Positions 38,693 to 49,003 of a stretch of 64,000 nucleotides of DNA are shown here, one piece after another. Each line of letters begins with the position of its first letter. Position 1 is the first letter of the stretch. The notes under the pieces were generated by a model. The model did no database searches and was not told the origin of the DNA. It saw only the letters and a program-made list of their open reading frames with translations. The stretch comes from Bacteriovoracia bacterium (GTDB lineage Bacteria > Bdellovibrionota > UBA1018 > JBFWNL01), in NCBI GenBank assembly GCA_050251055.1, contig JBFWNL010000006.1, forward strand, positions 160,001-224,000, in the 5' to 3' direction. The position numbers and the translations under genes were made by a program.

Positions 38693-40743
38693 GGAGCGAT
38701 CCACAGGTAGCGCATATCTTCAAACAAGGTGTGATCGCAGTTCGCGTTCGCGCCTGATCGGACCGTGAGGCGCACTTCCACGTCGGGGCTTCCGTTCACC
38801 CCTTGTCCGCTCATTTCGCCGAAGTAACTTTTTTTGCCGGCCCCGCGACCCAAGGCCCCGGAAAATGCCTCTCCCCCGCGTCCGCGGGTGTGGCCCCAGA
38901 AGCCGCTATTGATCTCGACGCCTTCGCCGCATTCCGCATAAGCCGACATGCCCGCTTGCAGGAAGAGAAAGGTCCGCAGGTGCGTGGGCACTGCTCGAAA
39001 CGGGAAGTATCCGCTGACCGTGGAGGGCGCCGCGTACGGCGGGTGGACGAAAAAGCCAGTCGAGACCGAGCCTCCTCCTGAGAGGGGGTAGCCGTTTCCG
39101 CTCCTCACGTAGCCTTGCGCGGGCGTCGAATTTTGTCCGTACCACAGCTGACGGCCGGAAGGATTCGTGGGGTCGGTCGCCCACCAAAAGGTGTTTGGGT
39201 TCGTGACGCGATCATGGAGCGGCCGCGCGACGACGCGCGCGTTTCCTAATATAACGTGGTCGCAACCAGAATTCCCCTGGCTGTCGGCGACCACCCGGAT
39301 CGTAAGCGTGCGTCCGCGCAGGTCGCGAAGTGAAGCCAAGAAGGAGACACGCCCGGCATTGCGCGGGATCGTGACTTGATGAAGCAGCGTGAGGGGCACG
39401 CCCGTGCCGTGCGCGTAAACGCTCAGGCGCGCGCCATTGCCGCAGGTAGATGCGGCCGATAGCCCTACGTCCGCGTAAAGATAATAAGCGCGGTCCGCAG
39501 CCAGCAAAAGTCCGGGGAAATCCCCGGTAATCGACGAGTTGTTTCGGCCCGGCAGGATCATCCGGGTTCCCGAGACCGTCCCCCCTCCCGAGAGCGCATG
39601 GTTATTCACGGGTTCGACGGCGCCGAGCGGATTCGTCCAGGGCTGATCGATTGGGACGCTAGTGCCCTGGTCGTTTGTCCAGCTGGCGCGCGCGTGGTTG
39701 AAGCGGTTGTCCGACCTCGGCCCTTCGTAAACCAGGTGCTGGGTCGTGGCGTCGAAGAGCTGGGGGCAGGCGTCGATATTATATTCGAACCACGGATGGC
39801 TTGGCGCCCAATCCGGTCCGAGCTGAAAGATGTGGTAGTAGCTGAATCCCGCGATTTGGTTTTCGCGGCCGATGCTTCGTAGCGCGGTTCGGACGTCGTT
39901 GCCGTTGGCGATTGTGTTGCGCCAGCCGCAACCCTGTTCGCGCCCCGCCGAAGTGTAAAGGACCGGCACGAGGGGTTTATTTAGCATGCCCAGCCGATTC
40001 AGGTCGGCGACGTAAATTTCCTGATGCCCGTCGCGGTAGTCGTAATCATCGATCCAGAGGGCGTCGTAGCTATGCGGGGTGAAGTAATGTTGGTAGCGCT
40101 CTTCGATGTCCGCTGCGGTGAGCGGGCGGCGATCAGCGGGCGCACGGTCTTGCTGCGCGTAGTACGGCGCCCAAGTTTGCGTGATGGCCACGGGGCGCGC
40201 CTGGATGTTCGGATCCAGCTGGCGAAGTCGATTGTAGATGCGGATCTGCGCGGCATTCGGGATGCTCCATTGTCCTGGCTCGTCGTGCGTGTAGTAACCC
40301 ACGAATAGATCCGCGTTTTGGAGTACGGTTTGTACCGCCGCCGTGAGCGGCGCCCAGTCGGCCGCGGTGGGGTGCTCGGGGCAGTAGCCCGGATACATTT
40401 GATTCGTGTTCGAGTTCCAGATGGGCGGGTTGCAGATCGCCCAGACGGGCGTACCGACGTTGGCGATCCACTTGAATTTCCTGAGCGTGGCGTGGCCGCG
40501 GATGATTTGAATCGTGTTCGCGTCTTGCACGGAGTTTCCGGTGATATTAACCAGGAGCGCGTTCAGTCCGAACGCGTTGAGATCATCGAGCAGCTTGAGG
40601 TTTTCGACGGTGAGATTCGCCGGATCCCGTTGGGGATAGGCGACGCGAAAATTCGGCGGATAGAGCTCCGTGGCCCCGGCGCTCGACGCAGCCATGCCGA
40701 GCATCCCTAGGGCTCTGAGAAGCGACCCGATTTTAATGCGCAC
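38689..40743 (-). CDS. Secreted protein: putative glycoside-hydrolase-like N-domain plus two NPCBM-like beta-sandwich repeats
   Basis: Signal peptide; GYYTHDEPG; duplicated LSGGG...VG(L/M)SA..CG.G...CDH modules. Confidence 0.65.
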   Translation of the reverse strand: MRIKIGSLLRALGMLGMAASSAGATELYPPNFRVAYPQRDPANLTVENLKLLDDLNAFGLNALLVNITGNSVQDANTIQIIRGHATLRKFKWIANVGTPVWAICNPPIWNSNTNQMYPGYCPEHPTAADWAPLTAAVQTVLQNADLFVGYYTHDEPGQWSIPNAAQIRIYNRLRQLDPNIQARPVAITQTWAPYYAQQDRAPADRRPLTAADIEERYQHYFTPHSYDALWIDDYDYRDGHQEIYVADLNRLGMLNKPLVPVLYTSAGREQGCGWRNTIANGNDVRTALRSIGRENQIAGFSYYHIFQLGPDWAPSHPWFEYNIDACPQLFDATTQHLVYEGPRSDNRFNHARASWTNDQGTSVPIDQPWTNPLGAVEPVNNHALSGGGTVSGTRMILPGRNNSSITGDFPGLLLAADRAYYLYADVGLSAASTCGNGARLSVYAHGTGVPLTLLHQVTIPRNAGRVSFLASLRDLRGRTLTIRVVADSQGNSGCDHVILGNARVVARPLHDRVTNPNTFWWATDPTNPSGRQLWYGQNSTPAQGYVRSGNGYPLSGGGSVSTGFFVHPPYAAPSTVSGYFPFRAVPTHLRTFLFLQAGMSAYAECGEGVEINSGFWGHTRGRGGEAFSGALGRGAGKKSYFGEMSGQGVNGSPDVEVRLTVRSGANANCDHTLFEDMRYLWIAP

Positions 40744-40883
40744 GAAAATGCCCCCTCGGAAAGTAGGTTCCCGGCCAAGTTCGGGGGCAGAGACAGGCTT
40801 GGCCTTGTCTTTAGCCTACCAGCGCCGGGGCGCGGAAAAAATGTGTCCTTATTGTCCTAGGGGGCTTTTTCGCCGAGGGTCGC

Positions 40884-41354
40884 CTAAATTCGCTTATAAA
40901 CGCACGCCTCGGAGGCCTTATCTTTGGCTTTGTAGCTTACCGTGAGTTGGTTCTTTTTCCTCGTGGTCGAAGTACGGCTCTGTTCCGTCTCGAATAGGAA
41001 TAAAGTGTTCTTGTGAATGTATTTGGAGACCAGGGAAGACGTGTTTCCGCTGTCGCGATAGCATTGATTGATCAAGGGGTTTCCCTTGTTCACGCAATCG
41101 TAGGCTTTCTGGTTCATGTGTTGGATCAGGTACGAGTACATTTGATTGAATTCTTTCTCTTCGCTGGTCGCGTTGAGATCGCCTTTCTCATCCACGGCGT
41201 ACTCAAAAGTGGCCGGGCACTTTCCGTCCAGAATGGTCTCGCCGGAAACCTTCTCGTACTTTCCTACGTAAGCGGGAAAGGGACTGGCCGCGAAAGCGTT
41301 GGTGGAAGACGTCAAAGCGAGAGAAAACGCGAGAAACAAAAATGCTTTCTGCAT
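40884..41354 (-). CDS. Secreted hypothetical protein
   Basis: AAGGAG RBS, signal peptide AFA, four Cys. Confidence 0.7.
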   Translation of the reverse strand: MQKAFLFLAFSLALTSSTNAFAASPFPAYVGKYEKVSGETILDGKCPATFEYAVDEKGDLNATSEEKEFNQMYSYLIQHMNQKAYDCVNKGNPLINQCYRDSGNTSSLVSKYIHKNTLFLFETEQSRTSTTRKKNQLTVSYKAKDKASEACVYKRI

Positions 41355-41517
41355 GGATTACTCCTTATTTTGTTCGCCCGCAGGATCTTTCCCGTCGCTT
41401 CCTATAGATGAATTAACTCGGTGTGTCAATTCAAAAGAATCTGGCTCCTATATCTGTTTTTAAAGTGCCTGATCTCCGAGAGGCGGATATTTTCCATGTG
41501 TTCCAGAAGGAGGCCCC

Positions 41518-42501
41518 GTGCTGAAGCAAGACCCCGTCTCTTGGCTTTATCCTGAAACCGCCCCGTACCGCACGGGCCGGCTTGCCGTAGGCGATGGCCA
41601 TGAAATTTATTACGAGGAGTGCGGTAATCCGGCGGGTAAGCCCGCGGTTTTTCTCCATGGTGGTCCGGGGAGCGGAATTTTCCCCCGGCATCGGCGTGTG
41701 TTTGATCCCGAACGTTACCGGATCGTGCTTTTCGACCAACGTGGCTGCGGCCAGAGCACGCCTCGGGGATCTATCGAACACAACACGACCTGGCACCTGG
41801 TTTCGGACATTGAAAAGCTGCGCGAGCATCTCGGCATTGAGCGTTGGCTGGTGTTCGGCGGGTCGTGGGGATCCACGTTGGCGCTTGCCTACGCGCAGAC
41901 CCATCCTTCTTCGGTGACGGAGATGGTGATGCTAGGGATTTTCCTGCTTCGTAAACGCGAGATCGCTTGGTTTTATCAGGATGGTGCTTCCTTTCTTTTT
42001 CCCGACGCCTATGAAGAATACGTGAAACCCATTCCGCCGGCGGAGCGAGGCGATCTACTCGCGGCTTTTCACCGGCGATTGGGTTCGGCGGATGCGCGCG
42101 AACGAATGGAGGCCGCCAAAGCGTGGACGTTGTGGGAAGGAAAGACCATCACGCTCTTGCCGAATCCGGATCTCGTGAAGGCATTTAGCGCAGATGAGTT
42201 CGCGGCGACGTTCGCCCGCATGGAAACGCACTACTTCATGAACCAGGGTTTCTTTGAATCGGAAGACCAGCTACTCCGGGGCGTGGATAAAATTCGGCAT
42301 GTGCCCGCCACCATTATACATGGGCGGTACGATGCCTGTTGCCCGCTCGAGACCGCCTGGCTTCTGCACAAAGCTTGGCCGGAAGCGGATTTCACGATCG
42401 TCCCGGACGCGGGTCACGCGTTTGCGGACGCCGCGAACGCGCGTGCGGTGATCAAGGCGACCGACCTTTACGCCCGTCTATGGCGGAAAATCGACAAATG
42501 A
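41518..42501 (+). CDS. pip: Proline iminopeptidase
   Basis: HGGPG, FDQRGCGQS, NTTWHLVSDIE, GGSWGSTL, HGRYD, DAGH. Confidence 0.95.
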   Translation: MLKQDPVSWLYPETAPYRTGRLAVGDGHEIYYEECGNPAGKPAVFLHGGPGSGIFPRHRRVFDPERYRIVLFDQRGCGQSTPRGSIEHNTTWHLVSDIEKLREHLGIERWLVFGGSWGSTLALAYAQTHPSSVTEMVMLGIFLLRKREIAWFYQDGASFLFPDAYEEYVKPIPPAERGDLLAAFHRRLGSADARERMEAAKAWTLWEGKTITLLPNPDLVKAFSADEFAATFARMETHYFMNQGFFESEDQLLRGVDKIRHVPATIIHGRYDACCPLETAWLLHKAWPEADFTIVPDAGHAFADAANARAVIKATDLYARLWRKIDK

Positions 42502-42747
42502 CGCCTTAAGAATTTGGCTTAGATCTCGCGCAAACTTCCGCAGAGTTAATTTTCAAAAACGAGAGCGAACTGTTTTTCTTCCACAATCGAACTAGTTTTG
42601 ACTCGTTGCGTATTGATTTTACGCGTCGCAGTACATCTTGAATACTTTTAGTTTCTTAAGCCAATTTCAATTTGTGAAAACTAAAGTTCTGGATATCATT
42701 ATGTCAAAGTATCAACAGTAAACGAAAAGGAAGAGGAATAAGAAGGT

Positions 42748-43677
42748 ATGAAATTAACACGTTTATGGACGATCTGTGCGGTAGCTGGACTCCTGAGCCA
42801 AAGCGTTTGGGCTGATACGAAATTCAGCGGATTCGCGGATGCACAACTTGGCTGGGCAAAACAAAATTCTCGCGGATTTACGATTTACGATGGCGCGGTC
42901 TACGTAGACTCCTCCATGGACTCCGCGAGCTTTAAGCTCGATCTTCCGTTTTCGGGCGGCGGCGCGAACAACAACTTCGCGTTCGCGACCGGCAAAGCGC
43001 AAGCTTACTTCAACCACAAGATGGGCAGCCTTTCGTGGCAGATGGGTCAATTCGACCATAGCTACGGCTACGCCGGCAACGACAGCGTGGGCTACTTCCA
43101 CGCTCGCCAAGGCGCCTTGCACACGGCGGCTTATAACTCGATCATGACCCACACGGGCCTGAAGCTCGCTTACATGTTCAGCGACGCTTTCTCGTTCAAC
43201 GTGGTTGTGTCCGATCCGAACGCCTCCGGCACCATCGGCACCAACAACTTCGAATACGGCGGCCAGCTCGTTTACAACTCGAGCGGCACCATGTTCAAGG
43301 CCGGTTACCTGTTCAATAAGGGCGCGCTCAAGAACAACACGCTCTTGAACGTCGGCGCGGGCACCAAGATGGGCGCCTGGGACTTGAACCTCGATTTCGC
43401 TTTGAAGGACACCACCGCTCAAGTGGATAGCTCGCTCGGCTTCGCCGGCGATTTCATCTACAACATGACGGACAGCTACGGCTTGGGTCTTCGCGCGGAA
43501 TACCTCTCGAAGTTCACCAACTATAGCCAAATCGACCTGACCCTGGGCTCCAAGCACAAGCTGACCCAGAACCTGACTTTCAAGGCCGGTTTCAACTACC
43601 AGAGCGCCACCGCCGTCTCCGGCGGCACCTCGGCTTCGTCCTACGGACTGGACTTGGCCGGCGTCTACGGATTCTAG
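42748..43677 (+). CDS. Outer-membrane beta-barrel porin
   Basis: Signal peptide, amphipathic strands, LGLRAEY, terminal Phe; strongly biased codon use suggests high expression. Confidence 0.85.
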   Translation: MKLTRLWTICAVAGLLSQSVWADTKFSGFADAQLGWAKQNSRGFTIYDGAVYVDSSMDSASFKLDLPFSGGGANNNFAFATGKAQAYFNHKMGSLSWQMGQFDHSYGYAGNDSVGYFHARQGALHTAAYNSIMTHTGLKLAYMFSDAFSFNVVVSDPNASGTIGTNNFEYGGQLVYNSSGTMFKAGYLFNKGALKNNTLLNVGAGTKMGAWDLNLDFALKDTTAQVDSSLGFAGDFIYNMTDSYGLGLRAEYLSKFTNYSQIDLTLGSKHKLTQNLTFKAGFNYQSATAVSGGTSASSYGLDLAGVYGF

Positions 43678-43694
43678 TTCGAACCGTATAGGCT

Positions 43695-43737
43695 AAAAAA
43701 TTACGGCGTAGCTCGAAAGGGCTACGCCGTTTTTTTT
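43695..43737. terminator. Bidirectional intrinsic terminator
   Basis: A-run, ACGGCGTAGC-TCGAAAGG-GCTACGCCGT, T-run between convergent genes. Confidence 0.85.
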
Positions 43738-43750
43738 GCCTAGTTTGCGT

Positions 43751-45415
43751 CTATTGGAGGGCGCGAGCGGCTTGGTTTCCCGACTGCACGGCGCCGTTCA
43801 TGTAGCCCTGATAGTGCTCGCTGACGTGCTCGCCGGCGAAAAGGAGCCGTCCCCCGAGCTCCGGCGTTTTTGCCGCTCCCATGATCGTCGTGTACTGGCC
43901 TACCCGAGGGCAAGCGTAGCTGCCCCGGGCGTACCCATACTGGCTCCAGTTGAACAAAACTTTGTTTCCGTCCGACGCTTGGCCTATGCCCGGGTGGATT
44001 TTCTCCAGGTGGGCGAGCAGCGCGGCCATGCCGCCGGCGATCCCCTTGCGGCCCGTGCTTCCGCCCGTGAAGTTCGTCATGATCCCGCTCGCGCCTTTCT
44101 GGGCGACGCTGCTGTCCCAAAAGCATTGCGAGGGCTGATCGGTGAATACGTAGCCCAGCGAAGCGGGAGTGTCGCCGTGGGGCTGACGCCAATACCTTTC
44201 TTTGAATCCCTGCATGTACTTTGAGTTGGTTCCGTATCCCAGCTCGCGGATGCACTGAAGCTTGGTGGGGCTGAGGCCGAGCTGATCGATGCCCTCGATC
44301 TCGCGGACCATGGTGAACGGCACCGCACAGATGACCTGCTTGGCCTTGCGCGTGACGACGGTGCCCGCCTTGAGAAACGTGAGCTCGAGGTCCGCGCCGG
44401 ACCCGCGGATCGCTCGCCAGCGGTGCTCGAGGTGCACTTTCACGCGCGGCTCGATCGCGCGCCCTAATGCTTCGATCAGGCGGGTGTTCCCGCCGCGGAT
44501 GCGCTTGGACTCGTCGCTTTCCCCGAAAATCCGGAACTCGGGATTTCCATCCGGCCCCCGGGGCATTTCGGGGCTTAGAAGTACAAGCAGATTGATGGAG
44601 GATTGTTCGGCGGCGTCGAGCCCGAATTCCCCGACGTAGGCCGCGTGAATGGCGTCGAGGACCCAGCCCGCGACGTCATTGCGCTTGGATTGCAGGTATT
44701 GCTCGAGGCTGATGCGATCGAATCGCTTCGCCTCCGGTCCGTGGCGATCGTACGTCACGATCGGTGAGCTTCCGTCCAGGAAAACCTTGGCGGCGTCTCG
44801 CTTCAAGTGCTCCGCCATGGGCGCGAATTCGCGTAGAATATCGGCCTCCCGATAAATTTTTCCGCCGAAGTGAAAGAGGTGGGGCGGGAGCGCGCGCATC
44901 TCGGGCAGGAAGTCATCGATGGGTACGCCGAGTTCAGCGGCGAGCTCAAGAATCTCTTTTTGAGTGGTGTCGATGAACTCACCGCCCAACTCGCAAAACA
45001 TCCCCTCGGCGTTGAATTGATCTTTCGTGAAAACCCGCCCCCCCAGGCGCGCCGCCGCTTCGTACACCTCGCAGGGAATTCCCGCCTGGCTCAAACGATA
45101 GGCGGCCGTGAGGCCCGCGAGCCCTCCGCCTAGGATCACCACCGGTTCGCCGCCTTGCATCGGCGCGGGGCCCTTCGCGGGTGAGCTCTTTCCGGTTGCG
45201 CATCCCGTGCTCGCTAGCAGGTAGGGAAGGGACGCCGTCGCGCCCGCGGCCAAGAGGGATTGCCGCGCGGCCTGGCGTAAAAATTCGCGACGGTCTTCTA
45301 AATAGGGATGACGCTGAATGAGATGAGCGTGGTTTAGCCACCGCTTCACGGACCGGAAAAATGGGGTTTTTGCCATAGGAACGGTTAAGTCTAGCGGCTG
45401 GATCCGGCTTGTCAA
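43751..45415 (-). CDS. Flavin-containing amine oxidase (MAO/LAAO family), Tat-exported
   Basis: RREFL Tat motif, GGGLAGL, RLGGRV, ELGGEFI, FAGEH, GYMNGAVQSG; true start probably downstream. Confidence 0.9.
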   Translation of the reverse strand: MTSRIQPLDLTVPMAKTPFFRSVKRWLNHAHLIQRHPYLEDRREFLRQAARQSLLAAGATASLPYLLASTGCATGKSSPAKGPAPMQGGEPVVILGGGLAGLTAAYRLSQAGIPCEVYEAAARLGGRVFTKDQFNAEGMFCELGGEFIDTTQKEILELAAELGVPIDDFLPEMRALPPHLFHFGGKIYREADILREFAPMAEHLKRDAAKVFLDGSSPIVTYDRHGPEAKRFDRISLEQYLQSKRNDVAGWVLDAIHAAYVGEFGLDAAEQSSINLLVLLSPEMPRGPDGNPEFRIFGESDESKRIRGGNTRLIEALGRAIEPRVKVHLEHRWRAIRGSGADLELTFLKAGTVVTRKAKQVICAVPFTMVREIEGIDQLGLSPTKLQCIRELGYGTNSKYMQGFKERYWRQPHGDTPASLGYVFTDQPSQCFWDSSVAQKGASGIMTNFTGGSTGRKGIAGGMAALLAHLEKIHPGIGQASDGNKVLFNWSQYGYARGSYACPRVGQYTTIMGAAKTPELGGRLLFAGEHVSEHYQGYMNGAVQSGNQAARALQ

Positions 45416-45457
45416 AAACGAAGTGGCGAATGCGGATTGCTCGGGTATGATTTCGCG

Positions 45458-46903
45458 ATGGCGAAACTCTGGATCGATGGCAAATGGCAGGGTGGGGGTA
45501 GTCGACGGGACCTAATCGCGCCGTTCGATGGTCGAAAGCTGGGGCAAGTGGAGCAAGCCGATGCCGCGCAAGTGGAATCCGCCATCCAAGCCGCGGTGGC
45601 GGCTTTTCCCCGCCTGCGGGAAACGAGTCGTTATCTGCGGAGCCGGTTGCTCTCGGAGATCGCGGCGGGAATTCAGGCGCGGAAGTCGGATCTCGTCTCC
45701 GTGATGGTCGGCGAAGCCGGAAAGCCCCGTCAGCTCGCCGAAGGAGAGATCGGCCGCGCCGTCAATACCTTCACGATCGCCGCGGAAGAAGCCAAGCGTT
45801 TCGGCGGACAACAAATCCCGATCGACATCGAACCCGCCGGACGGGCGTATTGGCCGGTGATTACCCAGCCGACGCCGCGCGGGCCGATACTAGCGATCGC
45901 GCCGTTTAATTTCCCCCTGAATTTGGTGGCCCATAAGGTAGCGCCCGCGCTGGCCGTGGGTGCCCCCGTGGTAGTGAAACCGCCGCCCCAGGCGCCCGGC
46001 GCGGCCTGCATCCTCGCCGAAGTTTTCGAAGCGGCGCTAGGAAGGGTCGGCGACGATCGGGAGAAGATCCCACCCGCCGCGCTGCAAATCATCCACGCGG
46101 CCAACGACGTCATTGCCCCGGCCGTGACGGACCCGCGTCTACCGATCCTAAGCTTCACCGGCAGCGACCGGGTGGGCTGGATGCTCGCCGAGAAGGCGTA
46201 CCGCAAGAAGGTTTGCCTGGAGCTGGGCGGGAACGCTGCCGTGATCGTGCACGCGGACGCCGATCTCGCGCGCGCCGCCGCTCGTTGCGCATATGGGGCT
46301 TTCGCCTACGCCGGCCAGATCTGCATCTCCGTACAGCGCGTTTTCGTGCACCAAAGCGTGGCTCGGGAATTCCAGGATCTCTTTCTCTCGGAAATCGCTC
46401 AGCTCCCAACGGGCGATCCGGCGCAATCCGATACGCTAGTGGGTCCCATGATCGATGCGGCGGTCGCGGATCGTACGCTCGCGTGGATCGACGAGGCAAA
46501 GCGTGCGGGCGCGAAGGTGCTGGCGGGCGGCACCCGGCAAGGCAATGTGCTGGCCCCCACGGTGCTGACGCAGGTGAAGCCCGATCAAAAAGTCTGCACG
46601 GAGGAGGTATTCGCCCCACTCGCGGTCCTGGTGCCTTATGCTGATTTAGAGGACGCCATCCAGGGCGTAAATGACTCCCGATTTGGCCTCCAGGCGGGTA
46701 TTTTCACCGAAAGCATGAAAGATTCCCGCCGTGCGATGGAAGGCATGAATGTCGGCGGCGTGATCATCAACGAGGTGCCAACTTACCGGGCCGATAACAT
46801 GCCGTATGGAGGCGTGAAGGACTCCGGCAACTGCAGGGAAGGCGTGGCATTTGCCATGCAGGAATACTGCGACCTTAAGACGATTGTGCAGTGGCGAGGC
46901 TGA
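45458..46903 (+). CDS. Aldehyde dehydrogenase family protein
   Basis: PFNFPLNL, FTGS, LELGGN, GQICIS, EEVFAP, PYGGVKDSG. Confidence 0.93.
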   Translation: MAKLWIDGKWQGGGSRRDLIAPFDGRKLGQVEQADAAQVESAIQAAVAAFPRLRETSRYLRSRLLSEIAAGIQARKSDLVSVMVGEAGKPRQLAEGEIGRAVNTFTIAAEEAKRFGGQQIPIDIEPAGRAYWPVITQPTPRGPILAIAPFNFPLNLVAHKVAPALAVGAPVVVKPPPQAPGAACILAEVFEAALGRVGDDREKIPPAALQIIHAANDVIAPAVTDPRLPILSFTGSDRVGWMLAEKAYRKKVCLELGGNAAVIVHADADLARAAARCAYGAFAYAGQICISVQRVFVHQSVAREFQDLFLSEIAQLPTGDPAQSDTLVGPMIDAAVADRTLAWIDEAKRAGAKVLAGGTRQGNVLAPTVLTQVKPDQKVCTEEVFAPLAVLVPYADLEDAIQGVNDSRFGLQAGIFTESMKDSRRAMEGMNVGGVIINEVPTYRADNMPYGGVKDSGNCREGVAFAMQEYCDLKTIVQWRG

Positions 46904-48919
46904 TTAGAGGGAGCTCGCTTCTTGGATTTTTCCGTTCTTGACCGTGAGCACGCGCAGCTGGCGGTTGAGTTGCCCGTCGCCGTAGGTGATCTTTCCCGTT
47001 ACGCCGGAGAAATTCTTGATCCTCATGAGGCGATTCTTGATTTCTGAACGATCTACGTTGTCGCCGGTGAGCATGATGGTTTCGAGTAGCGTCGCGGCAT
47101 CGTAAGCCGTAGCTTCGAGCGCGGTAGGGCGCGTGCCGTAAGTTTCCACGTAGCGGCTGACGAACGTTTGGTTTTCCGGGGAGGTGTTTTCGGGCGCGTA
47201 AGTGTCGACGAAATAAATCGGCTCGCTCGAGTTCTTGCCGCGCTCCAGTAGGTTTTCCGAATTCCACGTCGAAATTCCGAAAAATTTGAGATTTTCCACG
47301 TCGCGGTAAGCGAAGGTCGGCACGGCCTGGCGGGCGGCGCGCGCTTCATCCGGCATGAACACGGCATCGAAGTCGACGATCGGCGGCAGGCTGAAGAACT
47401 CGTCGTTACGCCGGGTGTGCTTGGTGATCTTGTTTTTTTCGCGGATGGCCGCCATCTCGTCGCTTTCGCGCTTGCGCGCGTCTTGGTAATGCAAGCCCAC
47501 GAGCTTGTCGACGACCTGGCGGAAGTCCGTTTCGCCCGGCCGGTAGGACTCAAACGCCCGCACCTCGCCGCCCATTTCCTCGATCGCGTCCCAGAAATAC
47601 CGCGAGCCGCGGATGCCGATGTTTTCTTCCGGGTAGATGACGGCGAATTTTTTCAGCTTCATCGCCTGTACGGCGTAGCGGGCGATCTCGTAGACCTGGT
47701 TCTTGCCGGTGATCGCGGCCTGGAAGACGTAGTCGCCGTCGATGCCCTTCTTTTGGGCGAGCGAGATCAGCGGTACGCCGAGGGACTGGGCGCGCTGGCT
47801 GGCTTCTTCGACTTTTTCGTTGCGGATGGGGCCGATAATCGCCACCACGTGATGTTTGAAGTAGAGCCGGTTGATCGCCTCCACCGGATCTCCATTTTCT
47901 CCCATGTCTTCGACGATGATGTGGATGCGACTGTCGGGCTCGTTGGGGTTGAAGGTGCGGAAAGCCAGCGCGATGCCCTGGAGGGTGAGCGCTCCCATCT
48001 TGGCGAACCGACCGGTCATCGGGAGCAGCACGCCCACGGCCTTGGCATCGACAATGTTCTGGTTCTGCAGCGACTTCAGCAGCTCCATGGCGTTGGGATA
48101 ATAAGTCGTGTCCGGATAGCGATTGATGAGCGTGCGCAGGTAGTTTTCCGCGGCCGTACGCTGACCCGCGACCATCGCCGCGTTCGCCAAGCGAAAGAGC
48201 ACGAAGTCGGCGAAAGGGCCTTCCTCGGAGTCCCGCAGTAAGCGCTCCAGGGTCGCCGGGTCCGTAATTTTTTCGATCGTGGGTTTGAACTCGTTCTCGA
48301 AGCGGCGGGCGTTCTCGTCGTCTTTGGCGAGCGGCATGTCGTTCGACGGGCGGATGAGCAGGCTCCATGCGAGGGCGTCCCGCGCGGCTTCCGTCGGCAT
48401 ATCGAGCTTCTGATAGACGAGCGCGCGCGTGAGTAGGAGCTTGCGGGCGGTGTCGAGGTTGACCTGGCGGGCATCGATCGTCTCGAGGCTTTTTCGGGCG
48501 TCGGAAAACTTGTTCGACTCGTACTGGGCGATGCCTAGGTTGTAGAGCAGGTATTGCGATTGCACGGCGTCGCCGCTCGCGGCGAGGGACTTTTCGAAGT
48601 GATCGATGGCCGCGCGGTAGTTTTTCTTGCGCAGCTGGATCAGGCCCATCAAGTTCTGGATCGACATCCTCTTCGTCGTATGGGGGTACTTCTTCTCGAA
48701 GGCGCGAGCGCGCTTCATCGCGGTATCGGCTTGGTTCTTTAGGTAGGCATCCTGAATGAGCTGAAAGTCTTTCGCTTCGGTGCCGCTCAGGGAGCTGGTA
48801 TCGCCATCAAAGCCGGGCAGGTCGACCTGCCGGTCGTTCGGCCGTTTGGAGGCCGAAGAACAGGCGAAAAGGAGGTAGACCAAGCTAGTAGCCACGATGC
48901 CGCGGATGAGTTGGGACAT
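46904..48919 (-). CDS. LpoA-like lipoprotein (TPR + periplasmic-binding-fold), putative PBP activator
   Basis: Lipobox LFAC, TPRs, VGVLLPMTG, IIGP, AYDAA, FSGVTG. Confidence 0.82.
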   Translation of the reverse strand: MSQLIRGIVATSLVYLLFACSSASKRPNDRQVDLPGFDGDTSSLSGTEAKDFQLIQDAYLKNQADTAMKRARAFEKKYPHTTKRMSIQNLMGLIQLRKKNYRAAIDHFEKSLAASGDAVQSQYLLYNLGIAQYESNKFSDARKSLETIDARQVNLDTARKLLLTRALVYQKLDMPTEAARDALAWSLLIRPSNDMPLAKDDENARRFENEFKPTIEKITDPATLERLLRDSEEGPFADFVLFRLANAAMVAGQRTAAENYLRTLINRYPDTTYYPNAMELLKSLQNQNIVDAKAVGVLLPMTGRFAKMGALTLQGIALAFRTFNPNEPDSRIHIIVEDMGENGDPVEAINRLYFKHHVVAIIGPIRNEKVEEASQRAQSLGVPLISLAQKKGIDGDYVFQAAITGKNQVYEIARYAVQAMKLKKFAVIYPEENIGIRGSRYFWDAIEEMGGEVRAFESYRPGETDFRQVVDKLVGLHYQDARKRESDEMAAIREKNKITKHTRRNDEFFSLPPIVDFDAVFMPDEARAARQAVPTFAYRDVENLKFFGISTWNSENLLERGKNSSEPIYFVDTYAPENTSPENQTFVSRYVETYGTRPTALEATAYDAATLLETIMLTGDNVDRSEIKNRLMRIKNFSGVTGKITYGDGQLNRQLRVLTVKNGKIQEASSL

Positions 48920-49003
48920 GAGGCTTTTATCCTAACAACATTTTACCGGGCATATAAGGACAAAAGCGGGCGCGGGCGCGAAAGCCTTCCGGCTCGGTCA
49001 GGC

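Noticed and set aside
42500-42747. TTGGCTTA/TAAGCCAA pair and weak stems upstream of the porin
   Set aside because: Only partial similarity to the locus-1 motif, inverted rather than direct, no 94-bp spacing, no recognisable riboswitch.
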